From assembly GCA_018697295.1 (NCBI GenBank), contig JABHTJ010000001.1, forward strand, positions 292 to 64,291: DNA of 64,000 nucleotides, read 5' to 3'. Each line of letters opens with the position of its first letter. The stretch's first letter is position 1. Of the stretch, positions 53,010 to 62,897 are shown piece by piece. Source of the DNA: an archaeon. Lineage in GTDB: Archaea; Nanobdellota; Nanobdellia; Pacearchaeales; GW2011-AR1. The position numbers were made by a program, and so were the translations under genes. The notes below the pieces were generated by a model. It was given only the letters and a program-made list of their open reading frames with translations, made no database searches and had not been told where the DNA came from.

Positions 53010-53539
53010 TATTTGTTTTCCTCCACGTTTTCTTCTTCGATTTTTTCCTCGCTAACTTCTTCAACCTTTGCAGCTACCTTTTTCTTTTTAACTTTAATTG
53101 CAAGAGAGCCTTCCAAATCTTTAGTCACAATAAATGAGGGGGTATTAACAACTTTTCCATCAACTAAAACATTTTTATGAACGATTAATTGTCGAGCTTG
53201 TTTTGCAGTATTCGCAAGTCCCTTTTTGAAAAGAACTGTTTCTAATCTTCTGTCAAGCAAATTTTCTTCTGTTAATGCAAGAACATCAGAAATATCTACG
53301 ACGTTAATTCCCATTTTATTCAATTTTTCAAAAAATGTTCGTTGTTCTGAATCGTCCGCTCCAATAAGTTGCTTTGCTCTTCGTCGAAACTTTGAAACAG
53401 TAGATTTAGCTTTCCAAATTTCTCTCTTATTCTTAAGGCCATATCGCTTAACTAAAATATTCTCTTCATCCATTCTAGTTCGGTCAAATAATTTTTTAGG
53501 CCGGCTGAATAATTTTCGTTTTCGTTTTATATCTCCCAT
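53009..53539 (-). CDS. rps4: 30S ribosomal protein S4 (uS4)
   Basis: MGDIKRKRKLFSRPKKLFD..RYGLKNKREIWKA..S4 domain RRLETVLFKKGLANTAKQARQLIVHKNVLVDGK. Confidence 0.9.
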   Translation of the reverse strand: MGDIKRKRKLFSRPKKLFDRTRMDEENILVKRYGLKNKREIWKAKSTVSKFRRRAKQLIGADDSEQRTFFEKLNKMGINVVDISDVLALTEENLLDRRLETVLFKKGLANTAKQARQLIVHKNVLVDGKVVNTPSFIVTKDLEGSLAIKVKKKKVAAKVEEVSEEKIEEENVEENK

Positions 53540-54012
53540 TATTTCTTCTTAACCCCCGTTGCTCCAGATTTTTTTCTATTCTTTCTAAAGTTTGCTTTAG
53601 TTCTTTGTCCACGAACTGGAAGTCCATGAGAATGCCGAACACCCTTATACGATTTAATTTTCTTCATTCGTTTCAAATCAAATTCTCGTCGAAGTTTAAG
53701 ATCAGCACCAGAAACATGCTTGTCTTCTCCATCATCAAAATCTTTTTGCCGGTTCTTCATAAAAGCAGGAATCTGAGGATCTTTAATAAAATCTTCAATT
53801 TTTTTAATTTCTTCTGCACTCATATCTTGAATTCTCTTTTTCTTATCTAGTTTCAAAATTTTACAAACACCATTTGCAAATGCCCAAGAGATTCCATTAA
53901 TTTTTGTAAGCCCTGAAAATAAAACTGCATCTCCACGAATATCCTTTCCAAGGATTCTAACTAATGTAACATCGTCGTGTTTTTTCTCATAGTGTTTTTT
54001 TGTTTCTTCCAT
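53539..54012 (-). CDS. rps13: 30S ribosomal protein S13 (uS13)
   Basis: LVRILGKDIRGD..KSYKGVRHSHGLPVRGQRTKAN. Confidence 0.9.
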   Translation of the reverse strand: MEETKKHYEKKHDDVTLVRILGKDIRGDAVLFSGLTKINGISWAFANGVCKILKLDKKKRIQDMSAEEIKKIEDFIKDPQIPAFMKNRQKDFDDGEDKHVSGADLKLRREFDLKRMKKIKSYKGVRHSHGLPVRGQRTKANFRKNRKKSGATGVKKK

Positions 54013-54013
54013 T

Positions 54014-54547
54014 TTAAGTGAATAAATTATTTCGTTGCATACTCATTATTTCTTCGATAATTCTCTTGGTGACTGTCTTGGCAGGATCCGGCATATTAGC
54101 GACCCGCTCTTTAACATCTTCAAGAGATTCAAACGGTTTTTCTTCTCGAGCATCAAGAATTGCCTGGGTATGTTTTTTTCCAAATCCAGGAAGTAATTCG
54201 AATTGGTGAAGTCGGGTATTTATAGCTTGTGCTTCATTAAAAAATTGTACATATTTTTCTGGCTGTTCGATAACCTTTTTCTCAACAAAAGATTCTAATT
54301 CCTGCTTTGAAGTTTCGGTTAACTTTTCTCCGGGGCATCGACCAAGAATATACTGGACTTCTTCTCGTTTACCTTCGCCAATATAAACTTCGGTTCCAAC
54401 TTCAAATTTAAATCCTCGTCGAGGAACTAATTGAAGTAATGTAAAATGCTCTTTTCCAACTGCTTGAGCTAACGGCATCATCTTTTTTTCTAAAGGATAG
54501 CCATACGGCAAAAAGTCCAAAATCACTGCAATTTCTTCTTTAGACAT
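54014..54547 (-). CDS. DUF655/COG1491 predicted RNA-binding protein (OB plus HhH)
   Basis: AVILDFLPYGYP..FFNEAQAINTRLHQFELLPGFGKKHTQAILDAREEKPFESLEDVKERV. Confidence 0.75.
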   Translation of the reverse strand: MSKEEIAVILDFLPYGYPLEKKMMPLAQAVGKEHFTLLQLVPRRGFKFEVGTEVYIGEGKREEVQYILGRCPGEKLTETSKQELESFVEKKVIEQPEKYVQFFNEAQAINTRLHQFELLPGFGKKHTQAILDAREEKPFESLEDVKERVANMPDPAKTVTKRIIEEIMSMQRNNLFT

Positions 54548-54556
54548 AATATGAAA

Positions 54557-54859
54557 TTAGTTATTTTTGATGACGTCTAAAATTTTATCAACTTCTTCTT
54601 GTTCAAAACTCGCATCATTAACTACCTTATTTAATTCGGTTGCATCACCTGGCATAAAGTCAATAATCTTAACAATATGGTAATCTTTTAATCGAATAAG
54701 GTCCAAAGCCTCCAAACCTTCCTTTATCTTCATCGCTCTTTCAAGAGGGATGACTTCAAAATTTTTAATAAAAGATTTTATCGACTCTGACTTTTCAGAA
54801 TCTCCAACTAAGTCAACAACCTCTGCCATACTTATCGGACGTTTTTCATCAACTACCAT
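54557..54859 (-). CDS. rpoF: RNA polymerase subunit F (Rpo4)-like
   Basis: 100 aa. Position between L21e and DUF655 matches the conserved archaeal L21e-RpoF-DUF655 order. Sequence is weakly diagnostic. Confidence 0.55.
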   Translation of the reverse strand: MVVDEKRPISMAEVVDLVGDSEKSESIKSFIKNFEVIPLERAMKIKEGLEALDLIRLKDYHIVKIIDFMPGDATELNKVVNDASFEQEEVDKILDVIKNN

Positions 54860-54860
54860 A

Positions 54861-55109
54861 TTATAATTTTTTCAAATGAACGGGGTGAACCACAAAAGTC
54901 TTGGTTTTATTCCCTTCTTTTAATTTAACAACTTTATATTTTCCTCGACTTCCCGCAACAACTCCGCTTCGTCCTTGAATCCTTGCCGGAAATGAATTCA
55001 CAACTCCTTTTTCTTCAACGATTGCAACAGAAGCACCGTCGTCGATATTCTTAAAGTATTCACTAAGTTTTATTTTTCCCTTATCTCGAATATTTTTTCC
55101 TTTTCCCAT
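54861..55109 (-). CDS. rpl21e: 50S ribosomal protein L21e
   Basis: MGKGKNIRDKGKIKLSEYF..FPARIQGRSGVV..VHPVHLKKL. Start moved to the internal ATG. Confidence 0.8.
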   Translation of the reverse strand: MGKGKNIRDKGKIKLSEYFKNIDDGASVAIVEEKGVVNSFPARIQGRSGVVAGSRGKYKVVKLKEGNKTKTFVVHPVHLKKL

Positions 55110-55238
55110 ATTAATCAAACTACGCAAGAATTCTTACGCTGTTACCAACTCGGACAGTGACTATCCTAAATATTTTAGAAAAAGTTGCTTTAAAAAGTTT
55201 TGTAAGAACCTTCCACATAGGATATGTTTGGTTTTTAC

Positions 55239-55547
55239 CTAAATAAAAGAATTCGCCTCTCCATAAAACTCTTCCTCTTCAACGTGTGGCACAACTTCTC
55301 CAACTGTCGAAGGCCCAAAAGAAGGCTTTTCGCGGAAAACTCCATCAACTTGCTCAATAACTGGTTCTGATTCTCCAACTCGTCCAATTTCTAAATTTCC
55401 CTTATCTCTCTCTGTCTCCATCGATGAAACAATTGCTCCTGCCATTTTTTCGCCCCAGACCTTATACATGCAGGATTTACACATATCAACAACTGCAGCA
55501 GAGTCAACATCAACAGAACAATAAATGCATTTTTTCACCATCTTCAA
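55239..55547 (-). CDS. Zn-ribbon-like hypothetical protein
   Basis: [18 protein letters not shown]. Confidence 0.35.
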   Translation of the reverse strand: MKMVKKCIYCSVDVDSAAVVDMCKSCMYKVWGEKMAGAIVSSMETERDKGNLEIGRVGESEPVIEQVDGVFREKPSFGPSTVGEVVPHVEEEEFYGEANSFI

Positions 55548-55634
55548 AACTTCTAAACTCGTTTCTTTTTAAACTTTTATAGGATTTAGAGAAGACTTAG
55601 ATAATTTTATAAATAAACTCTTCTAATTTAAAGT

Positions 55635-56468
55635 ATGAAAAACTCGGTGATATTATTTTTTGCAATAATCTTATTTGCAACAACAATAAGTGCAGAAGCG
55701 TGTGACTTGCAGACGACACTTCTTAACCAAGATCCTTATCCTGCAGTCCCGGGGGATTATGTCAAACTAGTTTTTCAGGTAGTGGGATTTGAAAATCCTG
55801 AATGCAGAGATATGACTTTTGAATTATTAGCAGATTATCCAATTGCATTTAATCCGGGAGAAACAGGACTTCAAAGTTTTAGCCATACAGCATTTATACA
55901 AGACTATGAATCAAATATTCTAATTCCTTATGAGGTCCGAGTAGATGGAGATGCACTTGATGGAGAGAATCCAATTGAAGTAAGAATCAATGAACAAAAC
56001 AGAAACTATTTGGAAACTTTTAATTTAGAGGTAAAAGATGTAAAGGCAGATTTTGAAATATATGTGAGAGATTATAAATATGGCACTCAAATATTAACCT
56101 TAGAAATCTTAAACATAGAAAAGGTAAATATCGAGGCACTAACTGTAACAATTCCTGAACAAGAAAATATTGTTGTTAAGGGTCCGTTCAATGTTATCGT
56201 CGGAGATTTAGATTCAAATGAATATACTACTGCAGATTTCGAAGCAGTACTTATCGATGGGATGATTGAAGTAATGTTAACATATACAGATTCAATAAAT
56301 GAACGAAGAACTGTAAATAAGCAGGTAAACTTTGATTCCGATTATTTTACTAATCGGGCTGCTGATAAAAAAGAAACTTCAATTTGGAATTATGTAATTC
56401 TTGGATTGGTCGTCTTATGGATAGTTTATTGGCTAATCAAAAGAAAGAGAAAGAAGGCTAAAAAATAA
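55635..56468 (+). CDS. Secreted COG1361-like (S-layer-domain / CARDB-like) protein with C-terminal TM anchor
   Basis: Signal peptide; LLNQDPYPAVPGDYVKLVFQV typical of COG1361; C-terminal TM plus a KRKRKKAKK tail. Adjacent to the MacB-type ABC genes. Confidence 0.5.
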   Translation: MKNSVILFFAIILFATTISAEACDLQTTLLNQDPYPAVPGDYVKLVFQVVGFENPECRDMTFELLADYPIAFNPGETGLQSFSHTAFIQDYESNILIPYEVRVDGDALDGENPIEVRINEQNRNYLETFNLEVKDVKADFEIYVRDYKYGTQILTLEILNIEKVNIEALTVTIPEQENIVVKGPFNVIVGDLDSNEYTTADFEAVLIDGMIEVMLTYTDSINERRTVNKQVNFDSDYFTNRAADKKETSIWNYVILGLVVLWIVYWLIKRKRKKAKK

Positions 56469-56505
56469 TTCTCAAATCTAGTTTCCGATATTTACCTCTC
56501 GATAT

Positions 56506-57717
56506 TTATTCATATCTTAATGCATCTACCGCGTTTATCTTCGATGCCCGATAGGCCGGAACCATTCCTGAAATCGCTCCAGTAAATGTTGCAAAGATAA
56601 CTATCCAAATAAAAAGTGGTATTGGAGTATATGCTTGCAAAAAGCCCCACCCAAGATTTTCTAAAATCGCATTTGCAGCAGCGGTTACACCAAACCCTAC
56701 AAGTACCCCAAAAATCCCTGCGAGAAATCCGAGGAATGCAGATTCAAATAAAAAGATTTTCAAAATTTCTGAGTTCCTAGCTCCAATCGATTTCAAAACA
56801 CCAATTTCTTTATATCTTTCAAGAACAGAAGTAATCATAGTATTCGCAGTATTAACTGCTGAAACGACGACGGAAATCAGAGCAATTAAAATAACAAATC
56901 CAATAATCACATTAAGCGCTCCAGAAAAAGATTCAATCAAATCTTCAAACGATTGAACGTAGAAATCTTCTTTTCCCTCTTCTTGCCCTCGATTTTTTCG
57001 AACAGCTTTTTCAACATCTTCGACAACTCGGTCCAATTTATCAATTTCGACACGAGCCATAATCCAAGAGTGAGTATCTATTGTCTTCGGATAAAGTTCT
57101 TCCATATATTTGTTAGTTATGTAAACTTGGGCATCATCAGGAGGACTTCCAACAGCTTCTAAAAATCCTACAATTCGGACCTTTTCTCCTTGAATCTCTA
57201 TGCTGTCCCCAAGTTTAACAGGCTTAGTAAAAATCGTATTCGGGACACGATAATTATATCCAAGGAGTGCTTTCCCTGTTTCTCCAGTAGATAAAAATCT
57301 TCCTTCTTCAAGACCAATATCTGAGATTTCAAAGAGCATCATATTTTTGGGATCATAACCAACAACATAATTAAACCGTTTCTCGTCTTGCTTTTGAACT
57401 TCAGCAACCTTGAATGAAACTCCAATAGCTTCGTAAACTCCTCCGACCCGACTAACTGCTCGAAGGTCACTCTCAGTCAATGTAAATGTGTCATCAAGAC
57501 CTGGAGCGCCAACACCCTTAGTTTGAATAATTATCTTATCTGCACTACTCCCTGTCGTCAATTCATTTACATAATTAAAAAGTCCGAGTCCAAATCCAAT
57601 AAAAATAAAAATCGTAGCAATGCCTACAAAAATCGAAAGAATTGTCAAAAAACTTCTGGCTTTTCGAGCCTTCAAATTTCTAATCGAATAATTAATGCTC
57701 TCTCCGCCAATAACCAT
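56506..57717 (-). CDS. ABC transporter permease, MacB/FtsX family
   Basis: N-terminal TM, a large periplasmic-type loop, and a C-terminal FtsX-like 3-TM bundle (ERYKEIGVLKSIGARN). Confidence 0.8.
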   Translation of the reverse strand: MVIGGESINYSIRNLKARKARSFLTILSIFVGIATIFIFIGFGLGLFNYVNELTTGSSADKIIIQTKGVGAPGLDDTFTLTESDLRAVSRVGGVYEAIGVSFKVAEVQKQDEKRFNYVVGYDPKNMMLFEISDIGLEEGRFLSTGETGKALLGYNYRVPNTIFTKPVKLGDSIEIQGEKVRIVGFLEAVGSPPDDAQVYITNKYMEELYPKTIDTHSWIMARVEIDKLDRVVEDVEKAVRKNRGQEEGKEDFYVQSFEDLIESFSGALNVIIGFVILIALISVVVSAVNTANTMITSVLERYKEIGVLKSIGARNSEILKIFLFESAFLGFLAGIFGVLVGFGVTAAANAILENLGWGFLQAYTPIPLFIWIVIFATFTGAISGMVPAYRASKINAVDALRYE

Positions 57718-57718
57718 C

Positions 57719-58933
57719 TTAACCTCTCAACGCCTCCACCGGATTTTCTTTTGCAGCGTTCATTGCTGGAACAATCCCAGAAACAGCACCGATAACAAAA
57801 CTTCCGACAAGAGAACCAAAAATAAGCCAAAGACTAATTTCTGGGATAGTCTCAGAACCAATAAAACTATTTATCCCTTGGGTTCCAAGGAATCCTACTA
57901 ATGTTCCAACAACAACACCTATAATTCCTCCAACAAGGCCAAGAAGACCAGACTCAATAAAAAACTGCATAAACACATCCGAATTTCTCGCACCAATAGC
58001 TTTCATAATTCCAATTTCTTTTTTTCTTTCAAGAACAGATGCCGTCATAGTATTCACAATTCCAAGTGCCCCAACAAGAATTGAAAGCGAAGCAATGATT
58101 ACAATGAATGCTTGAACACCACTAATAATTCCATTTACAGTTTCAAGAGCAGCCTCGGGAGTAGAAACTTCAAAATCTTCTTCACCGAGTTTAACATCTC
58201 TTGTCTTTCGAAGAACCTTTTCAATATCTGCTTTTGTTTTTTCCATCAAATCTTTATTTTTTACCTGGACAACAATCACATCAACATCATCTCCATAACC
58301 CATCAAATCCTCGAGGGGTTTTTCATTAACATGAACAATATTATCAAAAATAAAACTCCCTTTCTTTTTCGTAATTCCTACAACCTCAAATGTTTTCTCT
58401 TGAAGAAGAATTTTATCCCCTACCTTAACTTTCTTTTCAAGACCAACCTTGTCTTCCAGAAAATTAGATCCCAAAACAACTTTGTTAACATCTCCATCTT
58501 TTAAGAGCCTTCCAAATTCGGCTTCTACATCTAATGTTTCATAAGCAAACTTTCTATCCTCTCCATCCGGGATATTCATCATAAGTCCAAAAATTAAATG
58601 ATCATTAAATTCTAAACTTCCTGAAGGAATATTCCTTCGAAGAACTCGCTCAACGGAGGCAAGTTTTTCAATTGCTTCCATATCGTCTACATCTAATGGA
58701 TTTGCAGCACCGCTTCCGGGAGGACCAAATGCCGTGACTCCGCCGGCTTGGACAGTTATAACTTCTGTAGTGCTCACACCAAATTGCGAATTCACTGCAA
58801 GCTTCAACCCACTACCTAGGGAGATAAGCGAAACGACGGCAGCAATACCAATAAAAATTCCTAGAAGCGTAAGCCAAGACCTAACCCCTCGATGTTTCAA
58901 ATTTCCAAAAGCTAAATCAAAATAATCTTTCAT
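57719..58933 (-). CDS. ABC transporter permease, MacB/FtsX family (paralog)
   Basis: Same architecture (ERKKEIGIMKAIGARN). Confidence 0.8.
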   Translation of the reverse strand: MKDYFDLAFGNLKHRGVRSWLTLLGIFIGIAAVVSLISLGSGLKLAVNSQFGVSTTEVITVQAGGVTAFGPPGSGAANPLDVDDMEAIEKLASVERVLRRNIPSGSLEFNDHLIFGLMMNIPDGEDRKFAYETLDVEAEFGRLLKDGDVNKVVLGSNFLEDKVGLEKKVKVGDKILLQEKTFEVVGITKKKGSFIFDNIVHVNEKPLEDLMGYGDDVDVIVVQVKNKDLMEKTKADIEKVLRKTRDVKLGEEDFEVSTPEAALETVNGIISGVQAFIVIIASLSILVGALGIVNTMTASVLERKKEIGIMKAIGARNSDVFMQFFIESGLLGLVGGIIGVVVGTLVGFLGTQGINSFIGSETIPEISLWLIFGSLVGSFVIGAVSGIVPAMNAAKENPVEALRG

Positions 58934-58941
58934 GGTTTCCC

Positions 58942-59673
58942 CTAAACTCTCACAAACCTCTTGCCTTGCTTGCGAGTAACTTTTTCAACTTCTCCGTCTC
59001 TAAGCCAATAAATAATGTCTGCATATTCTTCGGCAAGTTCGGGCTCATGAGTGACCATGATCACTGTTTTTCCCTCTTTACTAAGCTTTTGTAAAAATTC
59101 CATGACCATTTCCCCAGTTTTAGTATCTAAGTTTCCTGTGGGTTCATCCGCTAAAATAACTTCTGGATCATTTGCAAGACTTCTAGCAATAGCAACTCGC
59201 TGCATTTGTCCCCCTGACAATTGGTTTGGGTAGTGATCCATCCGATCTCTAAGGTCCACAAGTTTCAAAAGCTCTTCAGCTTTAGCTTCTCGATCCTCGA
59301 TATCCGTTCCCTGAAACATCATTGGAAGGCTCACATTTTCTTTAGCCGTCAGGTTCGGAATTAAATTAAATGATTGAAAAATAAATCCGATCTTCTTCCC
59401 ACGAATTTGAGCAAGATCAGATTCGCTAAGCTCACTAATGTCTGTTCCATCTAGATAAATAGTTCCTTTCGTTGGAACATCAAGACTCCCAACAAGATTC
59501 ATCGCAGTAGATTTTCCACTTCCGCTAGGCCCCATGATCGCAACAAATTCTCCCTCATAAATTTTAAGTTCAATATCATTGAGCGCCTTAACAATCGTGT
59601 CTCCCATATGGTAGTGCTTCGAGACAGTCTTCAGACGTATCAACTCTTTTTTCACATTCTTTTTCATACCCAA
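58942..59673 (-). CDS. ABC transporter ATP-binding protein (MacB/LolD type)
   Basis: GPSGSGKST, LSGGQMQRVAIARSL and ILADEPTGNLD. Confidence 0.9.
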   Translation of the reverse strand: MGMKKNVKKELIRLKTVSKHYHMGDTIVKALNDIELKIYEGEFVAIMGPSGSGKSTAMNLVGSLDVPTKGTIYLDGTDISELSESDLAQIRGKKIGFIFQSFNLIPNLTAKENVSLPMMFQGTDIEDREAKAEELLKLVDLRDRMDHYPNQLSGGQMQRVAIARSLANDPEVILADEPTGNLDTKTGEMVMEFLQKLSKEGKTVIMVTHEPELAEEYADIIYWLRDGEVEKVTRKQGKRFVRV

Positions 59674-59781
59674 AAAAAGGAGATTATCTATATAAATGTA
59701 ATTCTAATCAGGCCAAATTAATCTTACTGGCAAGCAACTCCGAATAATAAACTTTAAATAGCTACATTTCAAAATTTTAAT

Positions 59782-59979
59782 ATGATTATTCCAATTAGAT
59801 GTTTTAGTTGCGGAAAACCAATTGCACATTTGTATCAAAAATACAAAACCTTAGTGGAATCAGGAAAAACGCCAAAGGATTCTCTCAACGATCTAGGAAT
59901 AAAAAGATACTGCTGCCGAGCACAAATTCTTGGACAAACAGATACACTTGAATTAATCAATAAGTTTAAGAAGTTTTAA
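59782..59979 (+). CDS. rpoN: DNA-directed RNA polymerase subunit N (Rpo10)
   Basis: MIIPIRCFSCGKPI..GIKRYCCRAQIL. Confidence 0.9.
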   Translation: MIIPIRCFSCGKPIAHLYQKYKTLVESGKTPKDSLNDLGIKRYCCRAQILGQTDTLELINKFKKF

Positions 59980-60254
59980 TTCTATTCTAAATCTTCAAAA
60001 ATACCTTCTAATTTTCTAGATAAATTTTCTTTCAGTTTTTTATAGTAATATTTTTCGTGCTGGAGCAATTAGGGAGTTTCACTCAAAACTAACACCGGGT
60101 AGTTTAAAATTATTGACACAGAGAATTTTTCAATTTTTTCATTCGAACTCATTAAAATAATAATTAATTAAACTTTAAAAAATCAATTAAGATTTTAATA
60201 AATAATATCCTCTCATCTCAAACCGTTTCACCACCTTTTTTCAACAACGTTTTT

Positions 60255-60617
60255 TCACTCTTTATTGCCAATTATTGCGTTCTGACCATTTCTTATTCCG
60301 ATTGCCATTCCTTCGGCAGTTCCCTTAGAAATCCCTAAGAGGTAAGGGATCTCGAATCTAGAGTCATATCCTCTTTCAAACAATTCATCTTCAATTTCCC
60401 GCTTTCTTTCATCAGGAGCTCTCGATAGTAAGTCGTTTGCAAAAGAGCTATCTAAATATCTTGGTTCGCCATCGCAGACCCTAAATATTCTTCGAGGGTT
60501 TAAAACTTCAGATTCATACCTTGTCAACGCCTTATCTAGGTTTAATTCTCTTCTAAAGTCTGCTAAAATTTTATCTACGGTTCCATCATCTTCCAAGTGG
60601 TAGTCTTCATCACACAT
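60255..60617 (-). CDS. Hypothetical acidic protein
   Basis: 120-aa ORF; no recognisable motif. Confidence 0.35.
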   Translation of the reverse strand: MCDEDYHLEDDGTVDKILADFRRELNLDKALTRYESEVLNPRRIFRVCDGEPRYLDSSFANDLLSRAPDERKREIEDELFERGYDSRFEIPYLLGISKGTAEGMAIGIRNGQNAIIGNKE

Positions 60618-60693
60618 CTAAAATCAATTATTTAGTGCCTTATAATTATTTATATAAATTTTCACCAATAATAAATATTTCATAAAAAATTAA

Positions 60694-60804
60694 GGTAGAC
60701 AGCTCCGTGTGTTCCCATCACAGACAGTACAGACACGAACGCGACAAGCTTAACTTCTGAGTTCGGAAAGGGATCAGGTGTGACCAAGTCGCTATGGCCG
60801 TCTA
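60694..60804 (-). rRNA. rrf: 5S ribosomal RNA (ends approximate)
   Basis: Reverse complement reads TAGACGGCCATAGCGACTTGGTCACACCTGATCCCTTTCCGAACTCAGAAGTTAAGC...GGGAACACACGGAGCTGTCTACC. Helix I pairs TAGACGGC with GCTGTCTA. Confidence 0.85.
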
Positions 60805-60850
60805 ATCTTTTGAGAAATTTTACTTATTTAAAGTTAACTATTAATCAAAA

Positions 60851-60926
60851 CGCTCACGACAGGATTTGAACCTGCGACTTCTTCCTTAGGAGGGAAGCAC
60901 TCTAATCCAGGCTGAGTTACGCGAGC
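60851..60926 (-). tRNA. tRNA-Arg (anticodon CCU)
   Basis: Hand fold: acceptor GCTCGCG/CGTGAGC; anticodon stem CTTCC/GGAAG with loop CTCCTAA; T arm GCAGG-TTCAAAT-CCTGT. Confidence 0.8.
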
Positions 60927-60927
60927 A

Positions 60928-61011
60928 TGAGGGAAGGAGGATTCGAACCCCCGTAAGCATAAAGCTAACAGATCTTGAGTCTGCCCCGTTTGACCACTCC
61001 GGCATTCCCTC
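60928..61011 (-). tRNA. tRNA-Leu (anticodon CAA), class II
   Basis: Hand fold: acceptor GAGGGAA/TTCCCTC; anticodon loop CTCAAGA; long variable arm; T arm GGGGG-TTCGAAT-CCTCC. Only 1 nt separates it from tRNA-Arg. Confidence 0.8.
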
Positions 61012-61106
61012 ATATTTACATAATCTAATTCCCACTTTTAAGTTTAATGAATTTAAAATTTCTAAAACAATAAACTTTAAAACTCTCTCTAAAATAGAAT
61101 ATTTAT

Positions 61107-61177
61107 GCGTGGGTAGTTTAGTGGCAGAATAACTGGCTTCCAACCAGTTGACCGGGGTTCGAGTCCCCGCCTGCGCA
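61107..61177 (+). tRNA. tRNA-Gly (anticodon UCC)
   Basis: Hand fold: acceptor GCGTGGG/CCTGCGC (two G-U pairs); anticodon stem ACTGG/CCAGT with loop CTTCCAA; T arm CGGGG-TTCGAGT-CCCCG. Confidence 0.8.
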
Positions 61178-61264
61178 TTTTATTCTTACACTCCCATTTC
61201 CAAATATTTAAATATAACCACCTCCCTAAGATGACCTGAGCTCAAAAGGGGGTAAAATTAATTA

Positions 61265-61789
61265 ATGGAATCAAAACAAATCTGGATGACTATTGTAATT
61301 GCAGTAATCGTCTCAGTTGTTGTTTCTTTAATCGTTGTAATGAATGCTACAGATCCTCAACTTGCACCAAGAAAGGTGAATGGAAGTTTTTTTGGAAATG
61401 CCACCCAACTTCTTCCTGATTTAGTCATCACTAGAATAAATGATACTAGTTCAGGGGGTGTAGCTAGTGGAGGGTGTAGTGGCAGTAATAGTACTAATAA
61501 TACTTATTGCCAATCTTCAATTTATGTAACTGTATATAATATGGGGACTACACAAGTTTCTGCTGGTCAAAGCGTTGTTCACTTAACAGTTCCCGATGGG
61601 AATAACACCTATGTAAATCTTGCAAATATTTCTGCATTAGCTCCTGGACAATCTATGGAGGTATCTCTAGGTAGTGGATCTCACTTATCTGGCTTAAGTT
61701 ACACTGCATGGGTAACTGCAGATTTCTATAATCAAGTAAACGAACGAAACGAAAACAATAATGTTGCATGGTATAGCTTCGCACTATAG
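61265..61789 (+). CDS. Membrane-anchored CARDB-like domain protein
   Basis: N-terminal TM; DLVITRIN..VYNMGTT..LAPGQSMEVSL..VNERNENNNVAWYSF. Confidence 0.5.
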   Translation: MESKQIWMTIVIAVIVSVVVSLIVVMNATDPQLAPRKVNGSFFGNATQLLPDLVITRINDTSSGGVASGGCSGSNSTNNTYCQSSIYVTVYNMGTTQVSAGQSVVHLTVPDGNNTYVNLANISALAPGQSMEVSLGSGSHLSGLSYTAWVTADFYNQVNERNENNNVAWYSFAL

Positions 61790-61880
61790 TTTTCAAAACA
61801 ATTTTTTATTTTTATTTTTTTCTCCCTTTATCATAAAACAAATCCACAAACCTTTAAAACAAACAATTCTCTAAAATTAC

Positions 61881-62897
61881 ATGAAAAACTTTGAACAGTG
61901 GTACGATAAAAAATACAAAAAACTATTATTCATTCCAGCAATAGTTCTAACACTTTCAATTCTCTATCTCGCATTTTTCTATGTTCAAACCGGAGACATT
62001 ATCTACAAGGACGTGTCCCTTACAGGAGGAACTTCAATTACTCTAATAACTGATATTTCTGCAGAAGAAATGCAAAATGCTCTACTTAACGAAATTTTAG
62101 ATTTTGAAGTTAAGACAATTTCAGATAATTCTGGAAATCAATTAGAACTCGTAATCATCGTGGGAGAAGAACATTCAGAAGATATAGTCAGCATCCTAGA
62201 AACAATTCTTGGAGAAGAATTAACTCAAGAAAATTCCTCAACAGAAACAACCTCCTCAAGTCTTTCAGCAGATTTCTATAAACAATTAATCGTCGCAGTA
62301 ATCCTAGCATTCTTCTGGATGGCAGCTGTCGTCTTTTTAATTTTCACAAAAAAGAAAGGAATCAAACTAAGAATTGTTCTCCTAAATTTCCTTTTCGGAT
62401 TTTTCATGGGAAACTACTTTTTATCTATCAATAAATTTCTTGCAGGAATCATCTTTGTAGGATTCTCGGTTTATTTTGTTCAAACCTATATCAAATATTC
62501 AGTTCCAGCATTCGCAGTAATGCTCGCAGCATTCGCAAATATTGTAATGACTTTGGCAGTAGTTGATCTCATTGGAATAAAATTATCGACAGCAGGAATC
62601 GTAGCGTTCCTTATGCTTATTGGTTATTCAGTCGACACAGATATTTTACTAACAACAAGACTTCTCAAGAAAAAAGAAAGCATAAACGCAGCATTACTTG
62701 GAGCATTCAAAACGGGAACGACGATGACAATCACTTCGATAATCGCAATCACAACTGCATTAATCGTCGTCTTTTCATTCAATTCTGTCCTAAACCAAAT
62801 TTTCACAATTCTTTTAATCGGTCTTGGATTTGATTTATTCAATACTTGGGTTGGAAATGCATCAATAATTAAATGGTATATGGAAAACTTAGAATGA
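61881..62897 (+). CDS. secF: Protein-export membrane protein SecF
   Basis: N-terminal TM, a periplasmic-type domain, and a C-terminal 5-TM bundle (LIGYSVDTDILLTTR). ATGA overlap with secD. Confidence 0.8.
   Translation: MKNFEQWYDKKYKKLLFIPAIVLTLSILYLAFFYVQTGDIIYKDVSLTGGTSITLITDISAEEMQNALLNEILDFEVKTISDNSGNQLELVIIVGEEHSEDIVSILETILGEELTQENSSTETTSSSLSADFYKQLIVAVILAFFWMAAVVFLIFTKKKGIKLRIVLLNFLFGFFMGNYFLSINKFLAGIIFVGFSVYFVQTYIKYSVPAFAVMLAAFANIVMTLAVVDLIGIKLSTAGIVAFLMLIGYSVDTDILLTTRLLKKKESINAALLGAFKTGTTMTITSIIAITTALIVVFSFNSVLNQIFTILLIGLGFDLFNTWVGNASIIKWYMENLE

Noticed and set aside
60886-61143. 85-aa ORF in the track on the minus strand.
   Set aside because: It lies entirely over tRNA-Arg, tRNA-Leu and tRNA-Gly sequences, so it is an artefact of an open frame across structured RNA genes.
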